Shown: positions 20,548-30,944, counted from the stretch's first letter. The stretch: 64,000 nucleotides of DNA from an uncultured Gammaproteobacteria bacterium (GCA_964620905.1 CAZUKA010000001.1:583646-647645), one strand, 5' to 3'. The notes: generated from the letters alone by a model not told the origin. Numbers and translations: made by a program.

Positions 20548-21813
20548 TCAATACTTAGCCATCACTTCTACTTGATCATAAAAAAACTTAATTATTTCCT
20601 TATAACTCTCACCCCGGTTTGCCTTGATCATCGCCCCTACCCCTGACAATCCCACTCCGTGTCCCAATTGACTAAAACCTTTTTCTTCCGGAACCTCCAC
20701 TGATTTTATCCAGGGATAAGGATCCTGATACCAAACCTCTGACCAGTTTTTGGTTCGCCCGTTACTCCGCGCAAAATAAGGTGTGATAGCCACTTCACCC
20801 TGGTAAGTAACCATCTGACCAAAAGTCTCATCAACCGCCCGTACCAATTCTGGATGTCTTAACTCGCTATCATAACCCCGATAAACCTGATCATAAAAAG
20901 CATCTACCTGAAAACCCCGATGACCATGTTTAAAATTATCCATTTTGTGCCAATAGGCATAAGTTCTTCCCACTACTGTCATGGTTTTTAAATATTCAAA
21001 AGGATCAGTAGCTCTGGTTTCACCTAAACCTTTTAGATAATCTTCCAGGGGCAATTCATTGATCACCCAAATTTGACCAGTGCTGGTAGAAAAATAAAGT
21101 TCCAAACTACCACGAAATTGATTATCAGTCAGGGTCAAGTTCCAGCTCGGGGGATTACTATAAGAATCAATTTTTAAAATAGAGTCATTACTGCCTAGCA
21201 AACGCAATGGTTGATCATACCCCTGAGAAATATGCTGATGGGAAAAAAAATATTTTTTTTCCTGACGGTCATACCACATCGCAATTGGCCAATCACCGTT
21301 ACTAGTCAAAATTAATTCCTCTCCACTATACAATGAAAAACCCTTCGCAGCTGAAAATTGCTCCTGACGGTTGGTCCAAAATAACCCCACCCGAATTGCG
21401 GGTGAGGCTAAAAGATTATCATGACTTGGTATTACCACTTGCGTGGTAGCGGCTTGGGCTACTGGGGTCAACAACCAACTGGCCAACCAATTTTCTGTCT
21501 TGCTAATCGGTGGACCAGCTTTATTTTCCTGTTCAATAATCTGCTGAGACAGGTTGCTATCAAATTTTTCTCCTGGAAAATACAACCTAAATTCAGGCAA
21601 CTGCTCAACAACAACCGGCTGATAATTTTTTTCAGGAAATATCTGCTGATCTACCAAATATTCATTTAGCACCCGCATCACTCCGGCAGATAAACTGACA
21701 ATCAAAACAGCAACAAAAAAAGACAAACCTACACTAGCAAAAAAATTACTAGCCACAACCGGTTTGTCAGTAGTAATAGAGACAGTTTTTAATTGTTCAT
21801 CAACAAATTTCAT
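20548..21813 (-). CDS. SpoIID/LytB-domain protein (amidase enhancer-like)
   Basis: 421 aa, N-terminal TM; C-terminal GHGVGLSGVGAMIKANRGESYKEIIKFFYDQV matches SpoIID signature GHGVGMSQ.GA...G.SY.EIL. Confidence 0.7.
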   Translation of the reverse strand: MKFVDEQLKTVSITTDKPVVASNFFASVGLSFFVAVLIVSLSAGVMRVLNEYLVDQQIFPEKNYQPVVVEQLPEFRLYFPGEKFDSNLSQQIIEQENKAGPPISKTENWLASWLLTPVAQAATTQVVIPSHDNLLASPAIRVGLFWTNRQEQFSAAKGFSLYSGEELILTSNGDWPIAMWYDRQEKKYFFSHQHISQGYDQPLRLLGSNDSILKIDSYSNPPSWNLTLTDNQFRGSLELYFSTSTGQIWVINELPLEDYLKGLGETRATDPFEYLKTMTVVGRTYAYWHKMDNFKHGHRGFQVDAFYDQVYRGYDSELRHPELVRAVDETFGQMVTYQGEVAITPYFARSNGRTKNWSEVWYQDPYPWIKSVEVPEEKGFSQLGHGVGLSGVGAMIKANRGESYKEIIKFFYDQVEVMAKY

Positions 21814-21933
21814 TTTGATTTTTATTTTTATTTTTTCTCCAACTAAGTCAAGTAATCCTTACCAATTTTTTTGAATCTAATTTTTGGACTCACAATTTTA
21901 TTCCACTAAATCAACCCCTATAACTATATTTTA

Positions 21934-22539
21934 TCATATTTTTTCACTTTTGTCAATCAATAACTCTTCAGTAATTTCTTGCTCATCTAATTTTTTATCC
22001 CTGATATAAAAACTTTTTGTTTGATAATACTCCTCTGGTTTACTAGACTGAGTAAGATAAGCATTGATAAAATCAGGATATTTTTTTTGACAATCGTCGA
22101 AGTTTAATTCTTCTGCCCCAATTTGTTGCAAAATTCTAGCTATCACTGGGTTGTCGGTCTTAGCAATCAAACGCGGGTTGGTCTTTTCAATATACATACG
22201 TAATTTTTCAATAAACTCTAAAAATAATTTTTTATCTTGCCAAGTCGCAGCTTTAGCATCTTTGATAGACAAACCACCCAATCTGTATATTTGATCGTCC
22301 GCGTCAGCTTTTTCCAATAAGGGTTTCTTATAAGCAGAAGCTATTATTTCTCCGTCTCTTTCAAAAATAAAAAAATTATCATTGTTTAATAATTCTTTTA
22401 TTTCTTCTTCGGATTGTTCAGTTACATACTTGGCACAATTTCTCTCTAAATTAATAATTTCACGAACAACGTTATCTATTTCATTTTCATTTACCAACTT
22501 TTTTTTAATATCAGCACCTGTTTCAAAAAATTTTTTCAT
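21934..22539 (-). CDS. hypothetical protein
   Basis: 201 aa, no motif recognised. Confidence 0.3.
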   Translation of the reverse strand: MKKFFETGADIKKKLVNENEIDNVVREIINLERNCAKYVTEQSEEEIKELLNNDNFFIFERDGEIIASAYKKPLLEKADADDQIYRLGGLSIKDAKAATWQDKKLFLEFIEKLRMYIEKTNPRLIAKTDNPVIARILQQIGAEELNFDDCQKKYPDFINAYLTQSSKPEEYYQTKSFYIRDKKLDEQEITEELLIDKSEKI

Positions 22540-22617
22540 AATTTACATTATTTATTCAGTTAGACATTTAAGTGTTTATAAAAAACATACCAACCACCGA
22601 TTAATTTTACTTAAAAA

Positions 22618-23304
22618 TTATAAATTTCTAATATAAGTAAGTGTAATATCATTCAAGGAGGTGACTAAATTCTTGGTCGGATAATCTTTGTTTTTATCCA
22701 TCACCAGACCAATACATTTCATTCCCGCAGCCACAGCTGCTCTCATACCACTAAACCCATCTTCAATCACCAAACATTGTGCAGGGGGAATTTTTATTTG
22801 TTCCGCGGCCAATAAAAAAATATCTGGGGCGGGTTTGCCTTTTTTAACCATCTCACTACTCACCACACTGGTAAAATAACTAGCAATAAATAAACGTTGC
22901 AAAACTTTATTTATATAATCTAAATCCGAGGCTGACGCCACTGCGAGATAAAAACCTTCCTCAAATAACCTCTTGATCAGATCAACCGAACCAGCAACTG
23001 CCGTAATATTTTCATTTGCCAAACTGGCCATTCGTTTCCATTTTTCTAGCATCAACTTATCCAAATCATACTTTTGCTCTTGCCTGGCTAAAAGATCAGC
23101 AAAAAAATCTCTGGTCCTCACTCCTGAATATTTGGCAGTAATTTCAGCCGGGGAAAGTTTGATACCATAACTTGCCAATAACTCTGACTCAACTTGGGAA
23201 TGTAGTTTTTGGGTGTCAGAGATTACCCCATCCATATCAAATATAATACCTTTAATCATAATTGAAACTTTATTTGTTAAATAAATATTAATTGTCGGAT
23301 ACAA
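22618..23304 (-). CDS. HAD-IA family hydrolase (beta-phosphoglucomutase-like)
   Basis: IKGIIFDMDGVISDT (motif I DxDG), later K and DD motifs. Confidence 0.6.
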   Translation of the reverse strand: MYPTINIYLTNKVSIMIKGIIFDMDGVISDTQKLHSQVESELLASYGIKLSPAEITAKYSGVRTRDFFADLLARQEQKYDLDKLMLEKWKRMASLANENITAVAGSVDLIKRLFEEGFYLAVASASDLDYINKVLQRLFIASYFTSVVSSEMVKKGKPAPDIFLLAAEQIKIPPAQCLVIEDGFSGMRAAVAAGMKCIGLVMDKNKDYPTKNLVTSLNDITLTYIRNL

Positions 23305-23378
23305 CAGACGTTGTTATAATTTCATTATACCTCTCTACCTTACACTAATAAACCGATTTTCCAAATAGCAAATATCTT

Positions 23379-24800
23379 ATGATCGCCAACCCTCAATCAA
23401 TCGCCAAAAACTCCCTTTGGCATCTGGGTGCCAAAACCTTGGGGATAATACTAGGAATAATTACTATTGCTTTGTTAACTCGTTATTTAGGCACAGCTGG
23501 ATTTGGTACTTATGCTACTGCACTGGCCTGGCTACAATTTTTTGGAATTTTAGTAGATTTTGGTTTGTATCTAGTGTTGCTATCTGAACTGGGAAAGACT
23601 GACGAAACAATTAAACAAGAAAAAATTGCTGGCAACATTATGGCTTTACGACTGTTGTCGGCTGGTTTGATTTTACTGTTAAGTCTTGGTTTGGCTTGGC
23701 TCATGCCTTATACCACTTTGACTAAACTGACTATCACCTTCCTAGCGGGATCGTTTTTTTGCCAACTAATAAACCAGGTTCTAACCGGTATTTTCCAAAA
23801 ACACTTGGCTATGACTCGAGGCGCTGGGGTAGAAATTGCCAGTAAACTTTTTACTTTGCTATTTATTTTATTGGCTATTTGGCAACACTGGGGTTTACTG
23901 CTAATTGCCCTGCTTATCACCCTAGCCAATATTATTGGCACTGCTTTTATCTGGCAGCTGAGTAAAAAATATATTAAATTGCAGCCTCAATTTGACCTTG
24001 CTTACCAGAAAAAAATCATTACCTTAGCTTGGCCTTTGGCACTAGCTACCATCTTCAATCTGTTTTATTTCAAAACTGACACAATTATCTTGTCTATTTT
24101 TCATCCCGCCGAGGTCGTCGGGCTTTATGCTGCGCCTTACCGCATTTTGGAAGTATTGATATCACTTCCCCCTATTTTTCTTGGACTGCTACTACCACAG
24201 CTGACTAAATTCTACCAATCCAACAAAGAATCTTTTGTACAACAAATCAAAATCGCTTTGGATATTTTCCACGCTTTCTTAATTCCTTTGGTAGTGGGCG
24301 GAATTATTTTAGCCAAACCACTAATCACTCTGCTAGCTGGTTCCACTTTTAGCCAGGCTGATTATCTCTTACAAATTTTACTGCTGGCTACGGCTTTTAT
24401 TTTTTACACTCAACTATTTACTTATATCATTGTGGCGATTGGCCAACAAAAAAATATCCTCTGGGTAGCCCTCAGTGCTTCGCTATTGGCTTTACTGATT
24501 TATTTTATATTTATCCCGACTTACGGAGCCCTAGCGGCTGCCCTCTGCACTGTGGTGATTGAAGGACTGGTTTTGCTAGGTTATATTGGACTAGTAAAAA
24601 AACAAACTGGATTAGTTTTGTCTTCAATAAATTTTGGAAAAATTCTCCTGGCTAGTTTACTGATGGGGATAGTTACTTATTGGGGAAAAGACTGGCCAGT
24701 ACTTATAAATATAACCATCAGTGCCCTGATTTATTTACTGATTATCAAATACTTTAAAGTCTTGGCGCTGGAAAAAATTAAAGCTATAGTAAAAACATGA
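23379..24800 (+). CDS. polysaccharide/oligosaccharide flippase (MOP superfamily, Wzx/MurJ-like)
   Basis: 473 aa, ~12-14 TM, typical MOP flippase architecture. Confidence 0.55.
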   Translation: MIANPQSIAKNSLWHLGAKTLGIILGIITIALLTRYLGTAGFGTYATALAWLQFFGILVDFGLYLVLLSELGKTDETIKQEKIAGNIMALRLLSAGLILLLSLGLAWLMPYTTLTKLTITFLAGSFFCQLINQVLTGIFQKHLAMTRGAGVEIASKLFTLLFILLAIWQHWGLLLIALLITLANIIGTAFIWQLSKKYIKLQPQFDLAYQKKIITLAWPLALATIFNLFYFKTDTIILSIFHPAEVVGLYAAPYRILEVLISLPPIFLGLLLPQLTKFYQSNKESFVQQIKIALDIFHAFLIPLVVGGIILAKPLITLLAGSTFSQADYLLQILLLATAFIFYTQLFTYIIVAIGQQKNILWVALSASLLALLIYFIFIPTYGALAAALCTVVIEGLVLLGYIGLVKKQTGLVLSSINFGKILLASLLMGIVTYWGKDWPVLINITISALIYLLIIKYFKVLALEKIKAIVKT

Positions 24801-26077
24801 CTATCACTTTTTATCTAAGTCTGATTTTTTTTACTATTATTGCCACACTAAATTTGCGCTGGGCCTGGTGGTTGCTGGTGGCGTTACTGCCTGCTTATTT
24901 ACTGCGGGAACAAATCTGGTTTATACCTACCACCTGGCTGGAACTTGGCATTTACCTTTTATTTGTGGTAAATATTTTCAAACTCTGGCGACAAAAAATA
25001 TTAGTTTCAGAAATAAAAAATCTCTGGATCAACTACCGTTTCTTATGGTTTGGTATGATAATTTGGTTTTTGGCAGCACTGCTAGCTACCATTACCTCAC
25101 CTGACTTGCGTCTGTCAGCCGGGGTGCTGAAGGGGTGGTGGTTTGATCCGATGCTACTAATCATCACTAGTCTAACCTTACTCCGACGCAAAAAAGATTT
25201 GTCTTTTATTCTGCTAGCATTACTCAGTAGTGGTGCTTGGGTAGCAACTTGGGGACTAGTGGAATATGTTGTTAATTTTGGCATGCAGGCTGACGGTCTA
25301 CTTAATTCTGTTTTCAAACCAGCCAACTATGTTGCTATGCTGGTAGTACCGACAATACTTTTGGGTTGGGGAGTATTAAAAAATTCTCCTACTCAAAAAC
25401 ACAAATTGCTAACCAGTTTATCAATCAGCCTGCAACTGGTAGCGCTGTGGTATACCAAATCCTATGGCGGTTTTTTGGGACTACTAGCGGGAGTAATTAT
25501 TTTACTTTTTTTTATTACCTCACGATCTGTTAAAAAAATTGCTCTTATTATTTTTCTGCTGGTACTGCTGTTCGGGACTGTGGCAGTGGCTAGTCAAACC
25601 AAATTCCAAAATATAATCCAAGCTACCGAGCGCAATTCCTTGACCACCAGATTGCAAATTTGGGAAATTTCTTGGGAACTAGTCAAACAACGGCCTATTT
25701 TGGGCGTGGGCTTGGGAAATTTTTATCAACCTTACCGCGCCCAAGCTTTTGCTATGTATAGTCCACCCTTAGAATGGGAAGTAGTTAAAGCTCACAATCT
25801 GTTTTTAAATTTATGGTTGGAAGTAGGGCTGGTTGGACTTATTAGTTTTATTTTTTTGTTGCTAATTTATTTCCGACAGTTTATTTATTTACTCCAACAA
25901 TCTTTACCAAAATGGGAATGGTGGTATCTGGCTGCCAGTTTTTCAGCTTTGGTTGCTACCCTGACGCACGGGCTGTTGGATACTCCTTATTTTAAAAATG
26001 ATTTGTCAATTTTATTTTATTTTATTTTGATAATTCCATTTGTTCTTAGTTATTTTAAAAAAAACTCCATTGACTAA
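24797..26077 (+). CDS. O-antigen ligase-like (Wzy_C) membrane protein
   Basis: 426 aa polytopic; periplasmic loop RLQIWEISWELVKQRPILGVGLGNFY typical of O-antigen ligase family; 4-nt overlap with flippase. Confidence 0.55.
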   Translation: MTITFYLSLIFFTIIATLNLRWAWWLLVALLPAYLLREQIWFIPTTWLELGIYLLFVVNIFKLWRQKILVSEIKNLWINYRFLWFGMIIWFLAALLATITSPDLRLSAGVLKGWWFDPMLLIITSLTLLRRKKDLSFILLALLSSGAWVATWGLVEYVVNFGMQADGLLNSVFKPANYVAMLVVPTILLGWGVLKNSPTQKHKLLTSLSISLQLVALWYTKSYGGFLGLLAGVIILLFFITSRSVKKIALIIFLLVLLFGTVAVASQTKFQNIIQATERNSLTTRLQIWEISWELVKQRPILGVGLGNFYQPYRAQAFAMYSPPLEWEVVKAHNLFLNLWLEVGLVGLISFIFLLLIYFRQFIYLLQQSLPKWEWWYLAASFSALVATLTHGLLDTPYFKNDLSILFYFILIIPFVLSYFKKNSID

Positions 26078-26153
26078 AACCAAAAAACATGCTATAATAA
26101 ATATATAGTTAGCAAAAAAACCTCCAAAATTAGAGGTTTATAACAAAAACAAA

Positions 26154-26885
26154 ATGAAACCCGGCACCCAAAATTTAAATATTTTTTTTGTCTTGGCAGT
26201 GATTTTTATCAGTGCTTTTTTTATTGCCAAAATTAGTTGGGCCGGAAATTTTTTGGATAAATATTTTAGCCAAATTTATCTCAATACCAAAAATATCAGT
26301 TCCACCAATAAAACATCAGCCACCAACCAATTTGGAATTATCAGTTGGCTACCGGGCAGAGAATTTGAAATATTGCTACCCCCAAATAACACTCAACCAT
26401 TTTTTATACCAACCTCCACTGCTCCTACTTATCTACAAGAAAATATTGAAAAAAAGATTGCTCTACTGCAAGAGCCAACTCCTCAAGAAAAAACCCAGAC
26501 TATTGAAGCACTACTAATCGAACACAATTTACCAATTGCCATACTAAATGTCTGGCGTCCACGCACCTATTTAAAAATCCAAAATCTTACCAATCAAACC
26601 TGGACGCAAGCTGAAACCTATATCAAAAGTTCGGATCATCTGGGGGGTCTTAGCCATTTTCGTGATCAAACTTGGCTAGATTCTACTACGATCACCCACA
26701 TGACTGAACCAGTTGTCGCTAATGGGGAGATTGCCACGTTTGAATTTTTCTTGGATGGCCGGGGTACTGCTGATCGGGTATATGATCATAAATATGAACT
26801 AGTGGTGGGTGAAAAAACAATTTATTTGGAAAAAAAAGGTGCTTGGTATTGGTTAACCCGAGTTGACCCTTATGTTCCTTACTAG
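26154..26885 (+). CDS. secreted hypothetical protein
   Basis: Signal anchor, 243 aa. Confidence 0.3.
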   Translation: MKPGTQNLNIFFVLAVIFISAFFIAKISWAGNFLDKYFSQIYLNTKNISSTNKTSATNQFGIISWLPGREFEILLPPNNTQPFFIPTSTAPTYLQENIEKKIALLQEPTPQEKTQTIEALLIEHNLPIAILNVWRPRTYLKIQNLTNQTWTQAETYIKSSDHLGGLSHFRDQTWLDSTTITHMTEPVVANGEIATFEFFLDGRGTADRVYDHKYELVVGEKTIYLEKKGAWYWLTRVDPYVPY

Positions 26886-27006
26886 TGCGTCAAGGTTGAA
26901 GGCTATTTTCTGGCTTTCAACCTTGCCGAATTAGGCATATTCGGCATGGGGAAAACAAAGTCCGCCTCTACTGGGGGCGGGCTTTTGTATTGATATTTAA
27001 CTATTT

Positions 27007-27549
27007 TTATTCAGCAAACACAGCCGCAGTAATCACACTGGTCCATAAACCATCTTTGTTGCCTTCGGCTGACTGACAGATATGATTGGTTTTAAAAATA
27101 TGACCGCTAGCTTTGTAAATTTGTTCGCGTTCATCCCAACTTTTATCCGGATCAAACTCAACTCCCAAAGTGGTAGCCAACATCGTAGCGGCTAGATCTT
27201 CGGCATATTCGCCTGATTTTTTTGCCACCTCCCCGTAAGTATGATGCTCTGACAAATAACCATAATTGTTAGTGTCTTTGGGAATGGCAATACCCACCGA
27301 AGCTGAGATCAGACGATTGGGTTCATTGGTGTCGCTTCTGGCCATAACACAAAAAGTAACTTGCCCCGGTTGCAATAATTTCAAACCCTCATCTTTGGAA
27401 ATAATTTTCGCATTGGGTGGAAAAATACTAGACACCATCACCAAGTTGCACTTTTCAATACCAGCATCCCGCAGCGCTAACTCAAAGGATGCTAGGCGAT
27501 CTTTGTGCACGCCTAATCCTTTGGTAAAAAATATTTTCTTTGGTACCAT
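27007..27549 (-). CDS. pdaD: pyruvoyl-dependent arginine decarboxylase (PdaD/AaxB-type)
   Basis: 180 aa; FFTKGLG...[11 protein letters not shown] (Ser-Ser self-cleavage site) ...SASVGIAIP collinear with archaeal PdaD. Confidence 0.65.
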   Translation of the reverse strand: MVPKKIFFTKGLGVHKDRLASFELALRDAGIEKCNLVMVSSIFPPNAKIISKDEGLKLLQPGQVTFCVMARSDTNEPNRLISASVGIAIPKDTNNYGYLSEHHTYGEVAKKSGEYAEDLAATMLATTLGVEFDPDKSWDEREQIYKASGHIFKTNHICQSAEGNKDGLWTSVITAAVFAE

Positions 27550-27558
27550 GTTAGTTTA

Positions 27559-28056
27559 TTAATTGGTTCCCGTCACAATAGTCACGGTGGTTTCTTCACT
27601 ACTAGCCGTGATAGAAACGGTCACTGTCCGCTCACCTTTGGTAGCTGAAACCATAGCTGAATCTCCATAATCCATTTGTAAATTCAGTGTCCAGCCACTA
27701 TTTTTTAGTTCATTTTCATACTCAGTCTTAACCTCACCAACGGTTTTTTCCGTCGCCACTGACACTGAATAGCCATCATTATCAGCAACCTGCATTGCCG
27801 CCATAATCCGACCAGCAATTACATATATATCTTCCGGCCAATCAGCTGGCAAAGCTACATCTTCCCCAGCTTGATATGTACCCTGTTCGGTCTGGATGGT
27901 GACTTGATCATTTTGCAAATCTACCTCGGCGCGACCACCAACGTTTTGTTCAATCGCCCGTTCGGCCGTCTTTTCGGCCATTTTTTTGGTGCAACCGCCT
28001 AAAAATACTACGGCAAAAACCAACAGAGTGGCTAGCCAAATTTTTTTGTAAGACAT
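27559..28056 (-). CDS. lipoprotein, hypothetical
   Basis: Lipobox LGGC after signal peptide. Confidence 0.35.
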   Translation of the reverse strand: MSYKKIWLATLLVFAVVFLGGCTKKMAEKTAERAIEQNVGGRAEVDLQNDQVTIQTEQGTYQAGEDVALPADWPEDIYVIAGRIMAAMQVADNDGYSVSVATEKTVGEVKTEYENELKNSGWTLNLQMDYGDSAMVSATKGERTVTVSITASSEETTVTIVTGTN

Positions 28057-28120
28057 AATTTTTTGCTTAATTAATTAATTGCTAAGACAAGTACTATTAT
28101 ATACTTTTTTAAAAAAATAA

Positions 28121-28152
28121 AAAACAGCCCCGTCTCCCGACTAGGGGCTGTT
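28121..28152. terminator. hairpin ACAGCCCC...GGGGCTGT with flanking A/T tracts
   Basis: 8-bp stem; T-tract on minus strand after 28162..28644 gene. Confidence 0.6.
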
Positions 28153-28161
28153 TAAACAATT

Positions 28162-28644
28162 TTATTGAGCCAGATGAAAACCCATGCCTGGCCTGCCACG
28201 ATGTCCTTGCATTTTTCCAAAGAGACCGTTGCCTTGGTCTAAATTTTTTGGCTCATGAGCAAATACAAATTCCAATCTGGCATCTGCTTGAGCTTGGGTG
28301 ATGACACCCTGATCTACCAAGGCTTGAAGTCGCTCTTTTATATGGGCTTGTCTGATTTCTCGCATCCGCGTTTGAATGGCTGTTTCATCTAAACCCAATT
28401 CATCAATAATATCGCGTGGCGTTAGGCCTTTAGCCCAATAATCTTTTACTTGTTCTACTGTGATACCTAGTATCTCGGCTTCTTCCTTGAACCTTTGAGT
28501 TTGGTCAGTAGCGGTAGCAGCTGGATCAGCTTGCCCACGCCACCCGAATGTGCCGTGAGCTGAAGCTGCGGTTAAACCGCCCACACCCAATAACAAAGCC
28601 GGAATCATACCATAAAGTAAATATTTTTTCTGGAAAATTTTCAT
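28162..28644 (-). CDS. secreted hypothetical protein
   Basis: Signal peptide, 160 aa. Confidence 0.3.
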   Translation of the reverse strand: MKIFQKKYLLYGMIPALLLGVGGLTAASAHGTFGWRGQADPAATATDQTQRFKEEAEILGITVEQVKDYWAKGLTPRDIIDELGLDETAIQTRMREIRQAHIKERLQALVDQGVITQAQADARLEFVFAHEPKNLDQGNGLFGKMQGHRGRPGMGFHLAQ

Positions 28645-28743
28645 TGGCGTGAATTAATTATTAGTTAAAAATATTTATCAAGTTAACTTACATTTTCGCT
28701 AGCACTTATTACTACAAATAAAAATAATAAATATTTCACTTTT

Positions 28744-28772
28744 TAAAAACCCTCGCGGTTAGACGAGGGTTG
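28744..28772. terminator. hairpin AACCCTCG-CGGTTAGA-CGAGGGTT
   Basis: Perfect 8-bp stem, T-tract on minus strand downstream of 28789 gene. Confidence 0.6.
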
Positions 28773-28788
28773 ATTGTTATTGATTATT

Positions 28789-29544
28789 TTATTTATGTCT
28801 GCCCCGACCAGTGGGATTATTATTCATTTTCTTAGGTAGCGGTAAGGGTTTGACAAACTCTCTGACTCCAAAGGCTTTGACCTGATTGTTTTGGCGTTCA
28901 CCAATCACCATTACCATATCACCCGGAGCAATATCTAAAGCAAAAGGCAAACGAGTGGTTGGGGTAATCTCAATCAGTAACACTTCTTCGGATAAATTCA
29001 ACATATCAAAACCATTAGTTGAGGTTGATAAAACTGTACCTCGATGAAAATCATCAGGATCACTAGATCGCAATATACCATACAATGGACCAGCCAGAGG
29101 CAAACCTTCTTCTGTTTCTGCTAGTTCCCATAAGCTTTGGTGCAGGGGTGTTTGGGCTACCACAAAACCACTTAAACCCAAAAAAACCACAATTCCTAAA
29201 ACCGAATATAGCAATGGCCGACGGTAAGCAAAAGAAAAGTGTTTAACCAACAGTTCCATCACCAACACAAACAAACCAATCAATAAAAGTATCATCCAGG
29301 GCAAAGAACCAAACAACAATCCCCAACCACGTAAGCCAAAAACTGGTGCTTGCCACAGGCCATTGGACCGCAAAATAAAAAATACAAAACTGAGCAAATA
29401 CAAAAGCAACAATCCTGCCAGCAGTAAACCACTGAGCAAAAATAAAGTCCGTAAGACAAAATGAAACTTAGGTTTAGCTTTGATGCTGCCTGATTTAATC
29501 TGTTTTAAAATTTGCTCTTTTAAATTGGTTTGATGATTGTCCAT
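28789..29544 (-). CDS. membrane protein, putative anti-sigma factor (cotranscribed with ECF sigma)
   Basis: 251 aa, several TM; 3 nt downstream of sigma factor gene. Confidence 0.4.
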   Translation of the reverse strand: MDNHQTNLKEQILKQIKSGSIKAKPKFHFVLRTLFLLSGLLLAGLLLLYLLSFVFFILRSNGLWQAPVFGLRGWGLLFGSLPWMILLLIGLFVLVMELLVKHFSFAYRRPLLYSVLGIVVFLGLSGFVVAQTPLHQSLWELAETEEGLPLAGPLYGILRSSDPDDFHRGTVLSTSTNGFDMLNLSEEVLLIEITPTTRLPFALDIAPGDMVMVIGERQNNQVKAFGVREFVKPLPLPKKMNNNPTGRGRHK

Positions 29545-29547
29545 ATA

Positions 29548-30108
29548 TTATATTTTTTGTTCCAATAATTTTTTCATTTTTCCCCGTCCTCGTTTCAATC
29601 GTACTCCCACCGTAGCTGGTGGTAGTTGCAAAATATCCGCGATTTGCTGATAATTCAGATCTTCAAAATAATACAGCACCAATACCTCACGGTATTTGGC
29701 ATCAATTTTATCCAAACATTTTTCCAACTGTTGTGCGGTTTCCTGTTTGGTAATCTCACTATCGGTTTGCTCGGAAGCTACCGGGTGAGGGAATAAACTG
29801 TCCGGATCGAAAAATGGCACGGGCTCTTTGCCCTTTTTCTTGATGGCGTTGATAAACTCATTGTGAGCGATGCGGTACAACCAAGAAGAAAATTTACGCG
29901 TAGCATCAAAAGAATAGATATTGATATAAGCTTTCAAAAATACTTCCTGCACTACATCTTCTGCCTCATCATAACCAAATAAAAATCGCCGCGCATAACG
30001 CTTCATCTTGTCCTCATAACGCTCCACTAGCACCCCAAAAGCGTCAGTAGCACCGGTTTGAACCTCGCGGACAATACTCTCATCACTGCTGGTAATTGCT
30101 TCCATCAT
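29548..30108 (-). CDS. ECF-type RNA polymerase sigma-70 factor
   Basis: 186 aa; region 2 (DVVQEVFLKAY..., SWLYRIAHN) and region 4 HTH (NYQQIADILQLPPATVGVRLKRGRGKMK). Confidence 0.75.
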   Translation of the reverse strand: MMEAITSSDESIVREVQTGATDAFGVLVERYEDKMKRYARRFLFGYDEAEDVVQEVFLKAYINIYSFDATRKFSSWLYRIAHNEFINAIKKKGKEPVPFFDPDSLFPHPVASEQTDSEITKQETAQQLEKCLDKIDAKYREVLVLYYFEDLNYQQIADILQLPPATVGVRLKRGRGKMKKLLEQKI

Positions 30109-30365
30109 TGTTTATTACTACAACAAAATTTGCTTTTTATTTCAAGTCTAGACAAAAATTTAGCGGGCTATAAGATTAAACTACCTCTGGAAAATTTTGT
30201 TCTTTGAAATATTAAGCTGTGTCTGTATATTACAGGCAGGACGCATAGTGCGTCATTTTTCCGCCAAGGATACTTTACTTATATATCTATAATTTAGAAA
30301 TAATTTAGATTGCAGATAATGTTGCTAACTTCGGGACGGCGACTATCCGGACAAGTAAAGAATAT

Positions 30366-30392
30366 AAAAAAAATCCGTTTGGCGGATTTTTA
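30366..30392. terminator. hairpin ATCCG-TTTGG-CGGAT flanked by A7 and T5 (bidirectional)
   Basis: seen in sequence. Confidence 0.55.
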
Positions 30393-30403
30393 TTTGACAA
30401 AAT

Positions 30404-30472
30404 TTACAAATATTTTATCATTAAATTATCAACTTCTTTGCCAAAAAATTTCCTACTTAAAGTAGGCATCAT
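30404..30472 (-). CDS. candidate small ORF (22 aa, MMPTLSRKFFGKEVDNLMIKYL) with perfect Shine-Dalgarno
   Basis: AAGGAGGT 5 nt upstream of ATG on minus strand; flanked by hairpins. Confidence 0.2.
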   Translation of the reverse strand: MMPTLSRKFFGKEVDNLMIKYL

Positions 30473-30611
30473 AGCATACCTCCTTAATATGCCCTCTCCT
30501 CAAGGTGACCATCAGGTCACCTTTTTAAATTACTAATTAACAAAATTTTTAATTTTGTAATTTTGTAATTTTTAAAAATTTAGATTTATTTATAAAATTA
30601 AAAATTCTTTA

Positions 30612-30944
30612 TTACTTATTCTCAACCACATTGGGACACACCACTGTACATTTACTGTCTAAACATTTACTGATAAACGGACACCGGGACTGCATCATGT
30701 ATTCAGCCGGGGTGATACAATCAATATCCACTTGGCAATCAATGTCTAAAACTTCTTCAATTTTATAATCAGTATCGCTATAACCCACTGGCAGTTGGGT
30801 TTTTTCGTCAATCTGGGACTGACTTGGTGGTGTTTGTTGGACTTGGGAATTTTCTGATGTTACCAATAAATTTTTATAAATAATTAACCCAATAAAAATT
30901 CCAGCTAGAAAAAATACTAAACCAATGATTATTTTTTGTTTCAT
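30612..30944 (-). CDS. small secreted Cys-rich protein
   Basis: Signal peptide + 8 Cys in C-terminal 50 aa. Confidence 0.35.
   Translation of the reverse strand: MKQKIIIGLVFFLAGIFIGLIIYKNLLVTSENSQVQQTPPSQSQIDEKTQLPVGYSDTDYKIEEVLDIDCQVDIDCITPAEYMMQSRCPFISKCLDSKCTVVCPNVVENK

Noticed and set aside
26111-26140. Hairpin AACCTC...GAGGTT as plus-strand terminator after the ligase-like gene
   Set aside because: The T-tract is on the opposite strand only, and no minus-strand gene ends nearby, so its function is unclear.
30404-30472. Type I toxin-antitoxin interpretation of the micro-ORF/antisense pair
   Set aside because: Peptide is hydrophilic (K/E-rich), unlike membrane-active type I toxins. Kept only as a generic sORF/sRNA candidate.
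30109-30611. Housekeeping ncRNA (tmRNA, SRP RNA, RNase P RNA, 6S) in the 500-bp noncoding gap
   Set aside because: No tRNA-like acceptor/T-arm with CCA, no GGAAGCAGC-type SRP domain IV motif, no AGGAAAGTCCGGGC-type RNase P P4 motif found by eye. Region better explained by promoter, terminators and a micro-ORF.
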